A stretch of DNA of 64,000 nucleotides from a virus (Duplodnaviria; Caudoviricetes), in IMG/VR virus record IMGVR_UViG_3300011008_000025, positions 1-64,000 of that record; one strand, written 5' to 3'. Below are positions 8,296-17,791 of this stretch, one piece after another (position 1 is the first letter of the stretch; every line of letters starts with the position of its first letter). Both the position numbers and the translations under genes were made by a program. The notes under the pieces were generated by a model. That model was not told the origin of the DNA. It made no database searches and saw only the letters and a program-made list of their open reading frames with translations.

Positions 8296-8939
8296 TATTC
8301 TTCTCTATTACCGGTAATCAGTACCGACAGCGGGAGTGTTTCGATCCAGTCGCACACGACGTGCCAATCGGGCAGTCTGTGGTTGCGGCGCTGTTCGTAG
8401 ATGTTTTTCAGGCAGCGGTAATTGGTCGTCATGCCGGCGGTCAACTCAAAACCGGACGGCATGTTATAGAGTAGATCCAGATAGGCTTCCTTTTTCTCTG
8501 CGGACGAGGCGTCACCGTCGATGTCGTTGTAGCGCTTCTGCAGGCGCTCAACCTCTTTGATAATCTCCGGGCTGACACGGTCGTTGCAGCAGTCGCCGAT
8601 CTTAAAGAAAGCAGCGCGGTGCATGGAGCTCATAGAGCTGATAAAGTTCAGGAATGTATACCGCTCAGCTTCTACCCAGGCTTTGTTGGAAAGCGTCAGG
8701 TCAAAATCTACGTGGATGCCGGTCAGGAACTGATCATGACCTCCACCCTTTGCTGTGGCGAGATTGATCGCCCGCTTAATGGCCGGATGCTCGTAATTAC
8801 CCGCCATCCGTGCGGCCCAGATCTCACCCACATTCTTTTCAAAATCCATCTGCGTCGGAGCTGCCTTCAGCATCGGGTATCCGCTGCGATAGATTGCGCT
8901 GTCCAATCCGTAAACATCCACATTTGTAATAGCTGCCAT
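8295..8939 (-). CDS. divergent ThyX/Thy1-like protein
   Basis: GHDQFL, EAERY, SMSSMH, TTNYRCLKNIYEQRRNHRLPDW resembles the phage ThyX-like family; located among nucleotide-metabolism genes. Confidence 0.55.
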   Translation of the reverse strand: MAAITNVDVYGLDSAIYRSGYPMLKAAPTQMDFEKNVGEIWAARMAGNYEHPAIKRAINLATAKGGGHDQFLTGIHVDFDLTLSNKAWVEAERYTFLNFISSMSSMHRAAFFKIGDCCNDRVSPEIIKEVERLQKRYNDIDGDASSAEKKEAYLDLLYNMPSGFELTAGMTTNYRCLKNIYEQRRNHRLPDWHVVCDWIETLPLSVLITGNREE

Positions 8940-9307
8940 CAATAAAACACTCCTCTTTTTTTCAGTAAATCGGCATAGGTCTCGACGTCTTGTTGCATGC
9001 TCTGTATCGCCTTGGCGACATGTTCACTCGCTTCGTCTTGCTGTCTTTTCGTGTACCATCTGTGATAGCGCAGCGTGTCTATCGGCGAAAGCTCTATGCC
9101 ATATTCTTCGCCTGACGAACTCTGGTAGGTAATGCTGTATTCATACATCGTCCAACGATGCGGACACATGTGATATAACGACAGAACCGTCTTAAACTTC
9201 ATCCTTATTGTGTGATTGCCCTCTGTGTTGACAAGGCTAATCGAAGTATATACGAGCATGACGACAATCAAGAGGATAATAAGAATGACGATGACTATAA
9301 TCGGCAT
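8939..9307 (-). CDS. membrane-anchored hypothetical protein
   Basis: N-terminal TM helix. Confidence 0.6.
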   Translation of the reverse strand: MPIIVIVILIILLIVVMLVYTSISLVNTEGNHTIRMKFKTVLSLYHMCPHRWTMYEYSITYQSSSGEEYGIELSPIDTLRYHRWYTKRQQDEASEHVAKAIQSMQQDVETYADLLKKRGVFY

Positions 9308-9574
9308 TTATGTGCTTTCCTCCGCAGTTTCTTCTGGCTCCAGAACGGAGCAGATCAGACGAACAATTTTGCCGTCTACACGCGTCCATTCATAGCCGTA
9401 CTGTGTCTGGTATTCTGCCATATGTAATACAAAGGAATCGCGCACAGCTTCTACGACCTCCTCTGTCGCTTCACGTTTTTCCAGCCACTTATCACCTTTA
9501 CTGTTAATGCGTCCGACGTAAATTTCGCCTGTCAAATCCGACGCGTGGACGCCGATTCTCTCAATGGGAAACAC
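9308..9574 (-). CDS. hypothetical protein
   Basis: AAGGAGG upstream of GTG 9574. Confidence 0.55.
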   Translation of the reverse strand: MFPIERIGVHASDLTGEIYVGRINSKGDKWLEKREATEEVVEAVRDSFVLHMAEYQTQYGYEWTRVDGKIVRLICSVLEPEETAEEST

Positions 9575-9620
9575 AAAGCCCCTCCTTTTTTTTACTAACC
9601 AAACTACTATTTCTTCGTCG

Positions 9621-9854
9621 TCAATATATTTCGCTTGGGTACCTCCAATGGTAGGTGCCCTCCTCATAGGAATCACATGCCGGTGTGTCCTTGTAGCACA
9701 GAAAGCCGCATGGGTAATCCGGGTGCGGCAGATCACAGCAGAGATTCCAGTCGCCAGCTCCGATAAAATGTTTGCAGGTCTCGCACGTCAGCCCGGCCCC
9801 GGCCGCCGGGCGCGGTGGCATAGGATACTTGTAGCCGTCTCCGACTTCCATCAC
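9621..9854 (-). CDS. Cys-rich hypothetical protein
   Basis: RBS AAGGAG; CETCKHF...CC...C pattern. Confidence 0.55.
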   Translation of the reverse strand: MMEVGDGYKYPMPPRPAAGAGLTCETCKHFIGAGDWNLCCDLPHPDYPCGFLCYKDTPACDSYEEGTYHWRYPSEIY

Positions 9855-9938
9855 GCATCACGCTCCTTCTCACTTGTAATTACCCTATTTCTGATATGTA
9901 GGGGTGAAAGAAGGTGGTTCTCCACCCCTACGTTGCTT

Positions 9939-9983
9939 ATTATATCACATTGTTGCGCACTTGTCAATACCCTAATTCTGATT
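9939..9983 (-). promoter_or_regulatory. sigma-A promoter fused to the repeated phage element
   Basis: AATCAGAATTAGGGTA-TTGACA, 17-bp spacer, TATAAT with an extended -10 TG. Confidence 0.85.
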
Positions 9984-11064
9984 CCCAGTTGTGCGCTTCA
10001 AGATCGCGGAAGAATTCATAGGTTTGCGGAGTGAATTGCTGCATATCTTCCAGTGCAATGCGGTAATTCGGGCGGCCGACGTAATAGGCAAACGCCTCGG
10101 CAAAGTATTCCTTGACATTGGTCTCGGCATAATCTCTTAAGTATGCCTGCCCCAAACGGATCTCCTCTTCCCAAAGCGGATCGTTTGATACGTCTCCGAG
10201 ATAGTGGTCGAGGAAGTGTCCAAACTCATGAGCCATAGCATGCGGACATTCAAGAAAGATCACTTTCGATGTGGCCGAGGTCGCTCCGATAACGGATGCG
10301 TTGTATTGATCGCCGAGCCGGCAGAGGTAATCAAAATCAAGTTTGATCTGCCAACCTTCATCTATAAACGCCTGCACGATCGCCGTCGGTAAGTGTACGA
10401 GCTCGTCGTAATATGGCGCGAGATCAACATTTTTTGACGCTTCTATTTGCAGCAATTCCGGCGCCTTGATCATAGACGCACAATCGTTTGTGGCGAGACG
10501 ATAAATGACCGATACAGCTTCTGCTCGCGTGGAAATCACGCCGCTTGCCGCATACGCTTCACACAGGCCGACCTGATAAGCGGTGCGCATTACATTTTCT
10601 GTCGTTGTCATATGCTCCCCGCCATAGACTTCGTTTGGATATACAGAAATGCCGTAGGCGCGAAACGCGCTTTTGTACAGGTTCCATCTGCACCATGAAG
10701 ATTCAGGACTTGTTACGGCGACATCGTCGATCCAACCGCGATCGAATGCGTGCGACAAGCTGGCGTCTCCAAAAGCCCCATTGTCATTTATTGCGCTCTC
10801 GACGCGGAAGGCGCGGCACAGCATGACGGCCCACTGACGTGTGGTCACGGGATCGTCCGGGGAGAACCGGCTATTTCCTGTGCCATTTGTAATGCCGTTG
10901 GATGTGGCCCATGCGACGGCTTCGTAGTAATCGGCGTTGCGGGAAACATCGCTGTACAGGTCATGCTCGGGCCCGAGCGCTATATAAGCTGTCTGCGTCA
11001 GAATAACGAGTATCAGCAGAATGACAAGCGGAAGCAAACGATGGCGGTGCATATCAATCACCAT
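9964..11064 (-). CDS. exported SLH-domain protein with anthrax-lethal-factor-like Zn-metallopeptidase domain
   Basis: Signal/TM helix; SLH motif (YSDV...GITNG...FSPDDPVTTRQWAVML); HEFGH and YAETNVKEYFAEAF. Confidence 0.75.
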   Translation of the reverse strand: MVIDMHRHRLLPLVILLILVILTQTAYIALGPEHDLYSDVSRNADYYEAVAWATSNGITNGTGNSRFSPDDPVTTRQWAVMLCRAFRVESAINDNGAFGDASLSHAFDRGWIDDVAVTSPESSWCRWNLYKSAFRAYGISVYPNEVYGGEHMTTTENVMRTAYQVGLCEAYAASGVISTRAEAVSVIYRLATNDCASMIKAPELLQIEASKNVDLAPYYDELVHLPTAIVQAFIDEGWQIKLDFDYLCRLGDQYNASVIGATSATSKVIFLECPHAMAHEFGHFLDHYLGDVSNDPLWEEEIRLGQAYLRDYAETNVKEYFAEAFAYYVGRPNYRIALEDMQQFTPQTYEFFRDLEAHNWESELGY

Positions 11065-11290
11065 CTTCCAGCTCTTCGACGTAGCCGTGACGATCCATCA
11101 GAACAGAGAAAATCGTCCAAAACCCGTCGATGCGCGGATCGTCAATATCATCCACGAGACCGACCTGCATCATGGCAAGTAAAGCCAAACCTTTCGGCGT
11201 AAGCTCATAACGATCATCATCTGCATCGTCCTGCGGGGAAACCTGATCCAACAGTTCCTGCTCAGTCTGAGGTTTTAATGTAGAGTCCAC
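11054..11290 (-). CDS. hypothetical protein
   Basis: YELTPKG motif; packed in operon. Confidence 0.55.
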   Translation of the reverse strand: MDSTLKPQTEQELLDQVSPQDDADDDRYELTPKGLALLAMMQVGLVDDIDDPRIDGFWTIFSVLMDRHGYVEELEDGD

Positions 11291-11447
11291 AGTGACACAT
11301 CCCTTCTTCCATTTCTTTGAATTCTTTGCACATGCATTTTGTCTCCTGCGTTCGGACAAGACGGCATGGGCAATAACCGCCGTTCTTTTTTAGCGCCGCT
11401 TTGATGTTGGCGACATGTTCGGCGTCTGGATTTAATATGATTTTCAT
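11262..11447 (-). CDS. ferredoxin-thioredoxin reductase catalytic-subunit-like protein
   Basis: GYCPCR...CMC...CHCGLY six-cysteine signature. Confidence 0.8.
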   Translation of the reverse strand: MKIILNPDAEHVANIKAALKKNGGYCPCRLVRTQETKCMCKEFKEMEEGMCHCGLYIKTSD

Positions 11448-11929
11448 GACAGCTCCTCGGCGTACTGGTTATCAGACGCCAACGTGATTCCGAGCACGTC
11501 GTCGTAACGCGCCGGACGGTCCGGTATATACCGACCGAATTTTACGATGATATTGGAAAAGCTCTGTCGTATGGAACGCAGCTCATTGGCGATCTCTTCC
11601 GGGTAGTAACCTGTATAGATCACAAACGGACACATCTCTCCCCTCTCCCGAAACACACGAATCAACTCAAAAATGTCGTTGAACTGCAGGAAGGGTTCGA
11701 GACCACCGATCACGACGGCGCGGCTTATATCATTGTGGTGATACAGCTCAAAGATGGCGTCATACGACACGTCCATAATGGGGCTCGACGCAAGGGGTGC
11801 GTTTTGGCACACCCCAAGGTCGAGATTCTGTTCACAGCAGCATTTCCAGTCACACAACGATGTTGCGATATACATGGAGGGCAGGCGGAAGTTTTGAAAA
11901 TCCTCCGCGAGAATGCCGCGTATCTTCAT
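11444..11929 (-). CDS. nrdG: anaerobic RNR activase (radical SAM)
   Basis: CDWKCC cluster motif, GGLEP, IYTGY and ASDNQY; overlaps the nrdD stop. Confidence 0.85.
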   Translation of the reverse strand: MKIRGILAEDFQNFRLPSMYIATSLCDWKCCCEQNLDLGVCQNAPLASSPIMDVSYDAIFELYHHNDISRAVVIGGLEPFLQFNDIFELIRVFRERGEMCPFVIYTGYYPEEIANELRSIRQSFSNIIVKFGRYIPDRPARYDDVLGITLASDNQYAEELS

Positions 11930-13329
11930 TGCATCACGCCGTCCTTTGAAAGTACGTTCATCCAACGGCGACGATCAAACTCATGTTTGCGGATTTTCTG
12001 ATAACTGCTGACGGGGGTATAGAAGCCGACCACGCGAGCATATGTATCCGCTACCGGTTCGCCGCAGCGAGGACAGGTCTGCGTTCCGATAAAGGCGTGC
12101 TTGTGTTTGCACGCCGAAATCTTGGTGGTGAAAGCGAAATAGATCACGCCATGAGATGCAACATAGTTCAGCATATCCCACGCGGTCTCCTCGTTCGGGA
12201 AACGATTTTCGATATTGATATGGGCGATACATCCACCGCCGCACTTCTGATCGAACAGAGAACCGAGACGGCACTTCTCCTGGATCGTGCATTTCTCCAT
12301 CAAGGGGATCCACTGGTTGGAATAGATGAAGTATTTGTTCTGCTCGTAGATCAGGTTGTCGGCCTGACAAATCACACCGGCGCAGTTTTCGGCGGGGATC
12401 ATTTCGACGTTGAACGAAAAATCACACTCAAAAGAATCCTTGACCTCATTGATCGTGTCCAGGATTTCGGTTGCAAACGCGACAGCTTCATCGGAATAAC
12501 TCTTGTTGCCGAATTCATCCGTATCGATCAGGCCGAACAGATCCATGACCTCATACATGCCGATACCGCCAATGGTGCAGAACTGCTTATCAAGCTCGAC
12601 GGCCCCGTCCTGATAATTCGGAAGCAGGCCCTTCTCAATATTACGTTGGAGAATGTGGCGCATGGAAGTCAGCGCCTTACAGTCGAGCAGCACGCGGTCT
12701 CGCAGGATCTTGAGATACTTTTTCTTGTTCATGTCGCTCTCATAAGCGATTCTCACCAGGTTAATGGTGCTGACGCGGCAGGAGCCTACAGACAGCGCCG
12801 TGCCGCCAATAGAATTGATGAACGCATCGAGCTTTTTGGTGTCGCTGAGAAGCCGGCAACAGTTACTCAGGACACCAACGTTATCGCTGACAAAGAAGTT
12901 GCTGTCGGACCACTGCATGTTATGGGCGGAGCACCAGCGGGCGAAGGGCTCGTCTACGAACTTGTTATCCTGATATAACAACGAATAAGTTAATACTGGA
13001 TAAGTGAACATGTTCGTGCTTCTGATCTCGCTGACGACGTCCATGAACACCTTCTGACATTCGATCAAGTCTTCGATGTGGTCAATGGCAAAGGTCCCGT
13101 CCGGGAACTCAACGCCGCCAAACAGGGATTCCAGATACGGGCGGTCAAAGATGGAAACGTTGGTAAAGGCGCTCTGATCTATCCGAAGGAACGGTTGATT
13201 CAACCGGTAAATAAATTTCTGAAACTGCTGGCGGAGATAATAATCCGGATTTTTCATGTAATAGCCGTCTTCGCAGTCCTTCTTCCAGAAGTACCATGCC
13301 CAGATCAGAACATTGGGCATGCCTACTGC
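11926..13329 (-). CDS. nrdD: class III ribonucleotide reductase, exon 2
   Basis: Starts AVGMPN; FTYPVLT, SNCCRL finger loop, EMIPAE, CGGG, zinc ribbon and RVVGFY glycyl-radical motif. Confidence 0.92.
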   Translation of the reverse strand, partial: AVGMPNVLIWAWYFWKKDCEDGYYMKNPDYYLRQQFQKFIYRLNQPFLRIDQSAFTNVSIFDRPYLESLFGGVEFPDGTFAIDHIEDLIECQKVFMDVVSEIRSTNMFTYPVLTYSLLYQDNKFVDEPFARWCSAHNMQWSDSNFFVSDNVGVLSNCCRLLSDTKKLDAFINSIGGTALSVGSCRVSTINLVRIAYESDMNKKKYLKILRDRVLLDCKALTSMRHILQRNIEKGLLPNYQDGAVELDKQFCTIGGIGMYEVMDLFGLIDTDEFGNKSYSDEAVAFATEILDTINEVKDSFECDFSFNVEMIPAENCAGVICQADNLIYEQNKYFIYSNQWIPLMEKCTIQEKCRLGSLFDQKCGGGCIAHINIENRFPNEETAWDMLNYVASHGVIYFAFTTKISACKHKHAFIGTQTCPRCGEPVADTYARVVGFYTPVSSYQKIRKHEFDRRRWMNVLSKDGVMQ

Positions 13330-14457
13330 CGTAGGCGTCCCGTGTTTCCACGGGGACTGACTATATTTTGCCGCTGTCTCAAACAGCGGTGTCGCTCTTT
13401 CCACCGGCGTATCAATAGCCGGTGTACTCCCCTTACCGGGGATAGTCGATACAGGGTCGCCTCCCCTGATTGTGTTTGCGCAAAGGATACGTCAGCTCTG
13501 CACGTCGGTATCTTTTTGCAGATCCATTATTAATGATATATACGGTTTGTAAATCAATTCCATAACATTTAGCAATTTGTCTACAAGACATGGTTGTGTT
13601 TTTTAATAAGTCGGAAATCTCGGTCACCTGTGCATATGTGCAGGTCGGTTTGCCGCTGTTTTTATAAGCGCGTATTGGATATTGCACACCTGGAAGCGGG
13701 TGACATTCTCCAGAATTGATTTGCTTGATGGTAGAAACAGACACGCCGTATTGCTTACCGAGGTCTTCGTATTGTCGATATGTATATCGCAGCAACTCGA
13801 CAATGTCAGCCACTTGGTCGTCTGACAGCTTTCCGCACAAATTAGGTGTTACACGAATTGGATATGTTTCACCAAGCTCCTCATAATGAAGCCCCTGATT
13901 GATACGCATGACAGTTCTCTTTGACGTGTTATGCAGTTTTGCAATATCCGCTAAACTAAGTTTTGTAGTACGAAGCTCGGTTTTGATTTTTTTCACTTCA
14001 TCAAGACTGTCAAACGACGATAGCGGATGATCAATAGAACGATGTACAGGCGGTTCTTCGCCTCCTGGGAGCATATTGTATCCACCAGGAATTAACGAAT
14101 GAAGCTGTTCGATCCAAAATCGCTCACGATCGTTGTAATTTTCCACCTGGCTTTCAAGAACCTCGTACCAGAAATTTTCTGCGCCATATTTTTGTATCGC
14201 CTTATCGATCAACGAATTGTCTTTTGCAGCACTTGGCTTGCAATGTTTTATAAAGCGATCGGCGGCATTAATGGATTGCCCGACATAAACCTTATCATTG
14301 ATTCGGTTTTTGATTACGTATATATCTTTCTTAGGACATTGGGAGGCGATTCCCACGGTATTAGCTTGCATATACTGTTTAGCTTTCACCGTTAGCCAAT
14401 AAGAAAATTGACCCCACTGATGATGTGGAAAAGCGACAAACGGGCACAGCGTTTTCT
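13330..14457 (-). mobile_element. group I intron in nrdD
   Basis: The 5' exon ends TCGGGT and pairs with the IGS GCCCG (U-G wobble). The intron has the R element ATCGACTA, the S element AAAATATAGTC and a terminal G at 13330. Splicing restores in-frame SNRQSG|AVGMPN. Confidence 0.9.
13433..14389 (-). CDS. GIY-YIG homing endonuclease (intron-encoded) with repeated HTH modules
   Basis: DIYVIKN...KVYVGQS, R...H, ERFWI and GYN; three C-terminal HTH-like repeats. Start codon uncertain. Confidence 0.88.
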   Translation of the reverse strand: MKAKQYMQANTVGIASQCPKKDIYVIKNRINDKVYVGQSINAADRFIKHCKPSAAKDNSLIDKAIQKYGAENFWYEVLESQVENYNDRERFWIEQLHSLIPGGYNMLPGGEEPPVHRSIDHPLSSFDSLDEVKKIKTELRTTKLSLADIAKLHNTSKRTVMRINQGLHYEELGETYPIRVTPNLCGKLSDDQVADIVELLRYTYRQYEDLGKQYGVSVSTIKQINSGECHPLPGVQYPIRAYKNSGKPTCTYAQVTEISDLLKNTTMSCRQIAKCYGIDLQTVYIINNGSAKRYRRAELTYPLRKHNQGRRPCIDYPR

Positions 14458-14979
14458 ACCCGACTGGCGATTTGAGAGGAAGCTGACAAACTCGATCACA
14501 TCATCAAAATACGTGGTCAAATGTTTCGGCCCCTCGTTGTTATAATTGCCAAGGAAGAACAGGCCCTCTTTGGCGAGGCGCGTAAAGTCGTTCGCCCAGC
14601 AATAAGGGAAATAACTGGCGGTCGTGCTGTCGTTCAGATAAAAACCCTTGCTGAATTCCTGCTCTAACCACTGCTTGGCTGTCCGCAGCCCCCAGCGCTT
14701 CTTGATCTCCGTAAAAATCTTGTTCAGTCCAAACAGCTTGTCTTCGCTCTTGGCCTTCTCCGTCATAAAGCTGCGGATGTCCTTATGGTTGGCATTGGCG
14801 TTGGGGTCGATGCTGGCGTCAGCCAGCGTCTTTTTGTCCACGAAGTTGTCGATGAATTCCGAAAAATCCAATTGACTCGGATGTACCCCGTTCAAAATTT
14901 CAAAATCTTCACCGTACTTGTTGCGGAGATCGTTTAAGCAACGCTCAAAGTCCTTTGAAAGTTTCAGCTCAATCTGCAT
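14458..14979 (-). CDS. nrdD: class III ribonucleotide reductase, exon 1 (no ATP cone)
   Basis: SIDPNAN, FYLND, PYCWA, PKHL and SNRQSG. Confidence 0.9.
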
Positions 14980-14982
14980 CTT

Positions 14983-15183
14983 TTACTGTTCTCCAATCCA
15001 TTTGTTCGCGGCCGCAAAACCAAGCAGCTCACCGTCTACGCTGAGTACAGGCACACTGTCGATCCCAAGCGCCAGCATCGCTTCAACATTCTCGTTCACA
15101 CGATACGACAACCCTTTAGTGTCCAATTTCTTTTTTAGTACCGAGCACTGCGGGCAGCCGGTACTGTATAACACAAGTTCCAT
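14983..15183 (-). CDS. nrdH: NrdH/glutaredoxin-like redoxin
   Basis: CPQC and SVPVL; directly upstream of nrdD. Confidence 0.85.
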   Translation of the reverse strand: MELVLYSTGCPQCSVLKKKLDTKGLSYRVNENVEAMLALGIDSVPVLSVDGELLGFAAANKWIGEQ

Positions 15184-15202
15184 ATCATCACCACCATATT
15201 AA

Positions 15203-16150
15203 TCAGTCGCCAAGACTCAGCATATAGTTTCCGTCGTTGCTGAGCACGGTATCCGGCAGCTTGCCGTCCCATTCTTTGATCCAGTAGTAGTCGATCAGAT
15301 TATCCGTGAGAGCCGCCGCAATGCGTTCGTTCATGTTGGCTTCCCGCTCGCCGGCGTACAGAGCCGCATCGGCCTGGATTTTCACAACCTCCAGATCCGC
15401 GTTCGCAGCAATAATGGCCTGCTCCGCCTCCGCTTTGGACATAATAATGGCGCGGTCGGCTGCGGCCTGCTCTTCCATAGTCTTCTGCGCCTGCCGGGTC
15501 TCTTCCGCCAGCTTATTTTGAGCAGCCACCTGCTTGGCCTCAACCGCATTGGTAAAAGCGTCCGTGAAGTCAATGTCCTCGATGGCGATCGAAACAATGG
15601 TGATGCCGTATGAAGCCATATCGTTCGCGGTCGTCTCCAGGATTAAGTCGGACAGGCTGTCCCGTTTAGAGATCAGATTCTCCGCGGAATACTGGGAGAA
15701 GACCGCCTTGGTGTTTTCCTGGATGCGGGGATACATGACATTTTCGTAGTAATTGGTGCCGATGGTGCGGTAGAGCTCCTGGGCCGTGGACTGGTCGATA
15801 CAATAGTTCACTGACAGGTCAAGATCCACCTGCTGAATATCACTGGAGAAAGCCGAGGTCTCGATGACGACTTTCTGGGTTCGGTTGTCCATCTTCACGA
15901 CCTTCTGCCAGGGCGCGACAAAGTTGATGCCGGACTGAACCGTGCGATCCTCCACGCGGCCGAAAGTGGTGAGAATACCGGTATACCCTGTTGGCACCAC
16001 CGCCACACAACTTACGATGACGAGCACAACGGCAAGAACAACTCCGCCTATACGACAGGCCCAAGCTGCTTCCGGACTATACGCGACAGCACCTGCAACA
16101 AGGCCGCCGATCAAAAGAATGAACGCCAAAATCAGTAAAACCATATACAA
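15203..16150 (-). CDS. SPFH/prohibitin (band 7) family membrane protein
   Basis: Two TM helices, VPTGYTGILTTFG, AVEAKQVAAQ coiled coil and WDGKLP. Confidence 0.9.
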   Translation of the reverse strand: MYMVLLILAFILLIGGLVAGAVAYSPEAAWACRIGGVVLAVVLVIVSCVAVVPTGYTGILTTFGRVEDRTVQSGINFVAPWQKVVKMDNRTQKVVIETSAFSSDIQQVDLDLSVNYCIDQSTAQELYRTIGTNYYENVMYPRIQENTKAVFSQYSAENLISKRDSLSDLILETTANDMASYGITIVSIAIEDIDFTDAFTNAVEAKQVAAQNKLAEETRQAQKTMEEQAAADRAIIMSKAEAEQAIIAANADLEVVKIQADAALYAGEREANMNERIAAALTDNLIDYYWIKEWDGKLPDTVLSNDGNYMLSLGD

Positions 16151-16160
16151 TCTCCTTTTC

Positions 16161-16676
16161 TCAATCCAAAAGATCGGCCATAGCCGCTGTTTCGCTTCGT
16201 TCCGTTTTGATCAGCGTCACGAGGCCAAAGCGAGGATGGCCCTTTAAGCGGTCTGCGGCGGCCGCAAGACCACTGTTCTTTACAAAAACTTCTGCGTCCA
16301 CCTGACGGTAGTCGCCGTTGATCCAGAGCTGAGACCCCTCACCTACTCGTCCGAGCAGAAGCTGAATATGTTCTTTTGTCATATTCTCCGCTTCGGGAAC
16401 GTAGATGATGGCGTCCTTGATATCGCGGCCCCGGATAAATCCAAGATGAACGATCTCCAACTGCCCCTGGCTCATCATAAATTCAATGCCGCTGACGCCG
16501 CCCATATGGTCGGCTAAAGGCATCGCGTAAGGGAGGAGTTTATCTTTGTCTGTGCCGGGCAGAAAACCGATCGGCTTGGAGTCCTTGACCTCGATGTTGT
16601 TGCGCACATAGACGGTCTTGTCAAACTTGTTTTTGTCAAGCATGTCCAGAGCTACTGTAGACATTAACAAATCTTT
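16161..16676 (-). CDS. phoH: PhoH-like ATPase, exon 2
   Basis: IGFLPG, FIRGR, EAENM, GRVGEGS, GDYRQ and ERS motifs. Confidence 0.9.
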   Translation of the reverse strand, partial: KDLLMSTVALDMLDKNKFDKTVYVRNNIEVKDSKPIGFLPGTDKDKLLPYAMPLADHMGGVSGIEFMMSQGQLEIVHLGFIRGRDIKDAIIYVPEAENMTKEHIQLLLGRVGEGSQLWINGDYRQVDAEVFVKNSGLAAAADRLKGHPRFGLVTLIKTERSETAAMADLLD

Positions 16677-17791
16677 CACTGCTACCTCGCCTTTCGGCGA
16701 GGGTTAGACTATATCTTCGACCCTATTATCCTCGCATTGCCGCTATTGCCAAACGGTATTTACGAGCAATTGCAATATCTGCGTTATCATAAAGCGCCGA
16801 CGCCAATTTTTGTGCCCACGCACCATTAAACGTTATACGGTATACATTATCGCTCACCTGGATTTTGAGCGGTGCATCTCTCCCGATCATGCTGCAGCAC
16901 ACATTTCCGACATCGCGTACCAGTGATTGAAAGTGACCGCAATAATTGATGTGCCATGACCCTTGGCTAAAATAAATACTGCCATCACCGTCAATTAATC
17001 CACGAACATAATCTTTCATATATTGTTCGGGGATATTTTGTGGCAGTACGCGAACGCGATGGGTTTTATCTTGCACGATATGATAAGCAGCAAGAGTAGA
17101 CGCCATGTGCGCCGATCGAAATTTCAGAGTATATGTACCATGTTTTCTGCCTGCTCGCTTTGCATAGCACAGCTTGGTGCTCAACCCGATCGCGTCACGC
17201 AGTCTGTGCAAGATCTCGACGTCACTCTCTATAAGCTCAATGCTGATTTCTGGCTGCCTAATGCGCTCAGCATCATAAATCACGCTTCCGTCGGTTAATA
17301 ATAATCCCAAGAAGTACGCCTTTTCAGCAGAATCAACTACATCGAAATACTGATCGTTCATATGGCGATTTGCGCCCTTGCGATAGTTGATAGAAACGTT
17401 ATGAGCTTTTAGGATGCCACTGATAGTTTGTACTTTGGCGCTATACTTTGCCGCGATCACTTTTTGTGTACAGCGCTGGACGGTATACATATGAACAATG
17501 TCGTCAACCTGCTCTTGTGTCCATGTCCTCTTTGTCACTCTTTCACCTCCCGTTGTTTAATGGCAATATATCGGGTCGTCTTGTTTTTCGGGCTTGCGCC
17601 CTACTCCTTATGGATAGTCGTTGAACCTTCCCCTATTCGGGGCTTGGCTGCTGATTGCCCAATCCGCACTGTTTTCACACCATCGCGCCCAGGCGTTTCA
17701 TCCTCACGCTGTGGTCTGTGCGGCTCTCAGGGTGTTCCAGCAATTTACAAGATTGTCAACCGAGCGTTGCCGCGCGGCGGGGCAAGATTTT
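16677..17791 (-). mobile_element. group I intron in phoH
   Basis: The 5' exon ends TCGGGT and pairs with GCCC. P10 pairs ATCTT with exon AAGAT. The intron has the R element TTCAACGACTA, the S element AAGATATAGTCT and a terminal G at 16677. Splicing restores Walker A GPFGSG|KDLLM. Confidence 0.9.
16726..17538 (-). CDS. LAGLIDADG homing endonuclease (intron-encoded)
   Basis: AYFLGLLLTDGSV and YVRGLIDGDGSI. Confidence 0.9.
   Translation of the reverse strand: MTKRTWTQEQVDDIVHMYTVQRCTQKVIAAKYSAKVQTISGILKAHNVSINYRKGANRHMNDQYFDVVDSAEKAYFLGLLLTDGSVIYDAERIRQPEISIELIESDVEILHRLRDAIGLSTKLCYAKRAGRKHGTYTLKFRSAHMASTLAAYHIVQDKTHRVRVLPQNIPEQYMKDYVRGLIDGDGSIYFSQGSWHINYCGHFQSLVRDVGNVCCSMIGRDAPLKIQVSDNVYRITFNGAWAQKLASALYDNADIAIARKYRLAIAAMRG

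Noticed and set aside
13330-17791. Inteins or split pseudogenes for nrdD and phoH
   Set aside because: The inserts contain stop codons and group I RNA elements, and precise splicing restores the conserved motifs.
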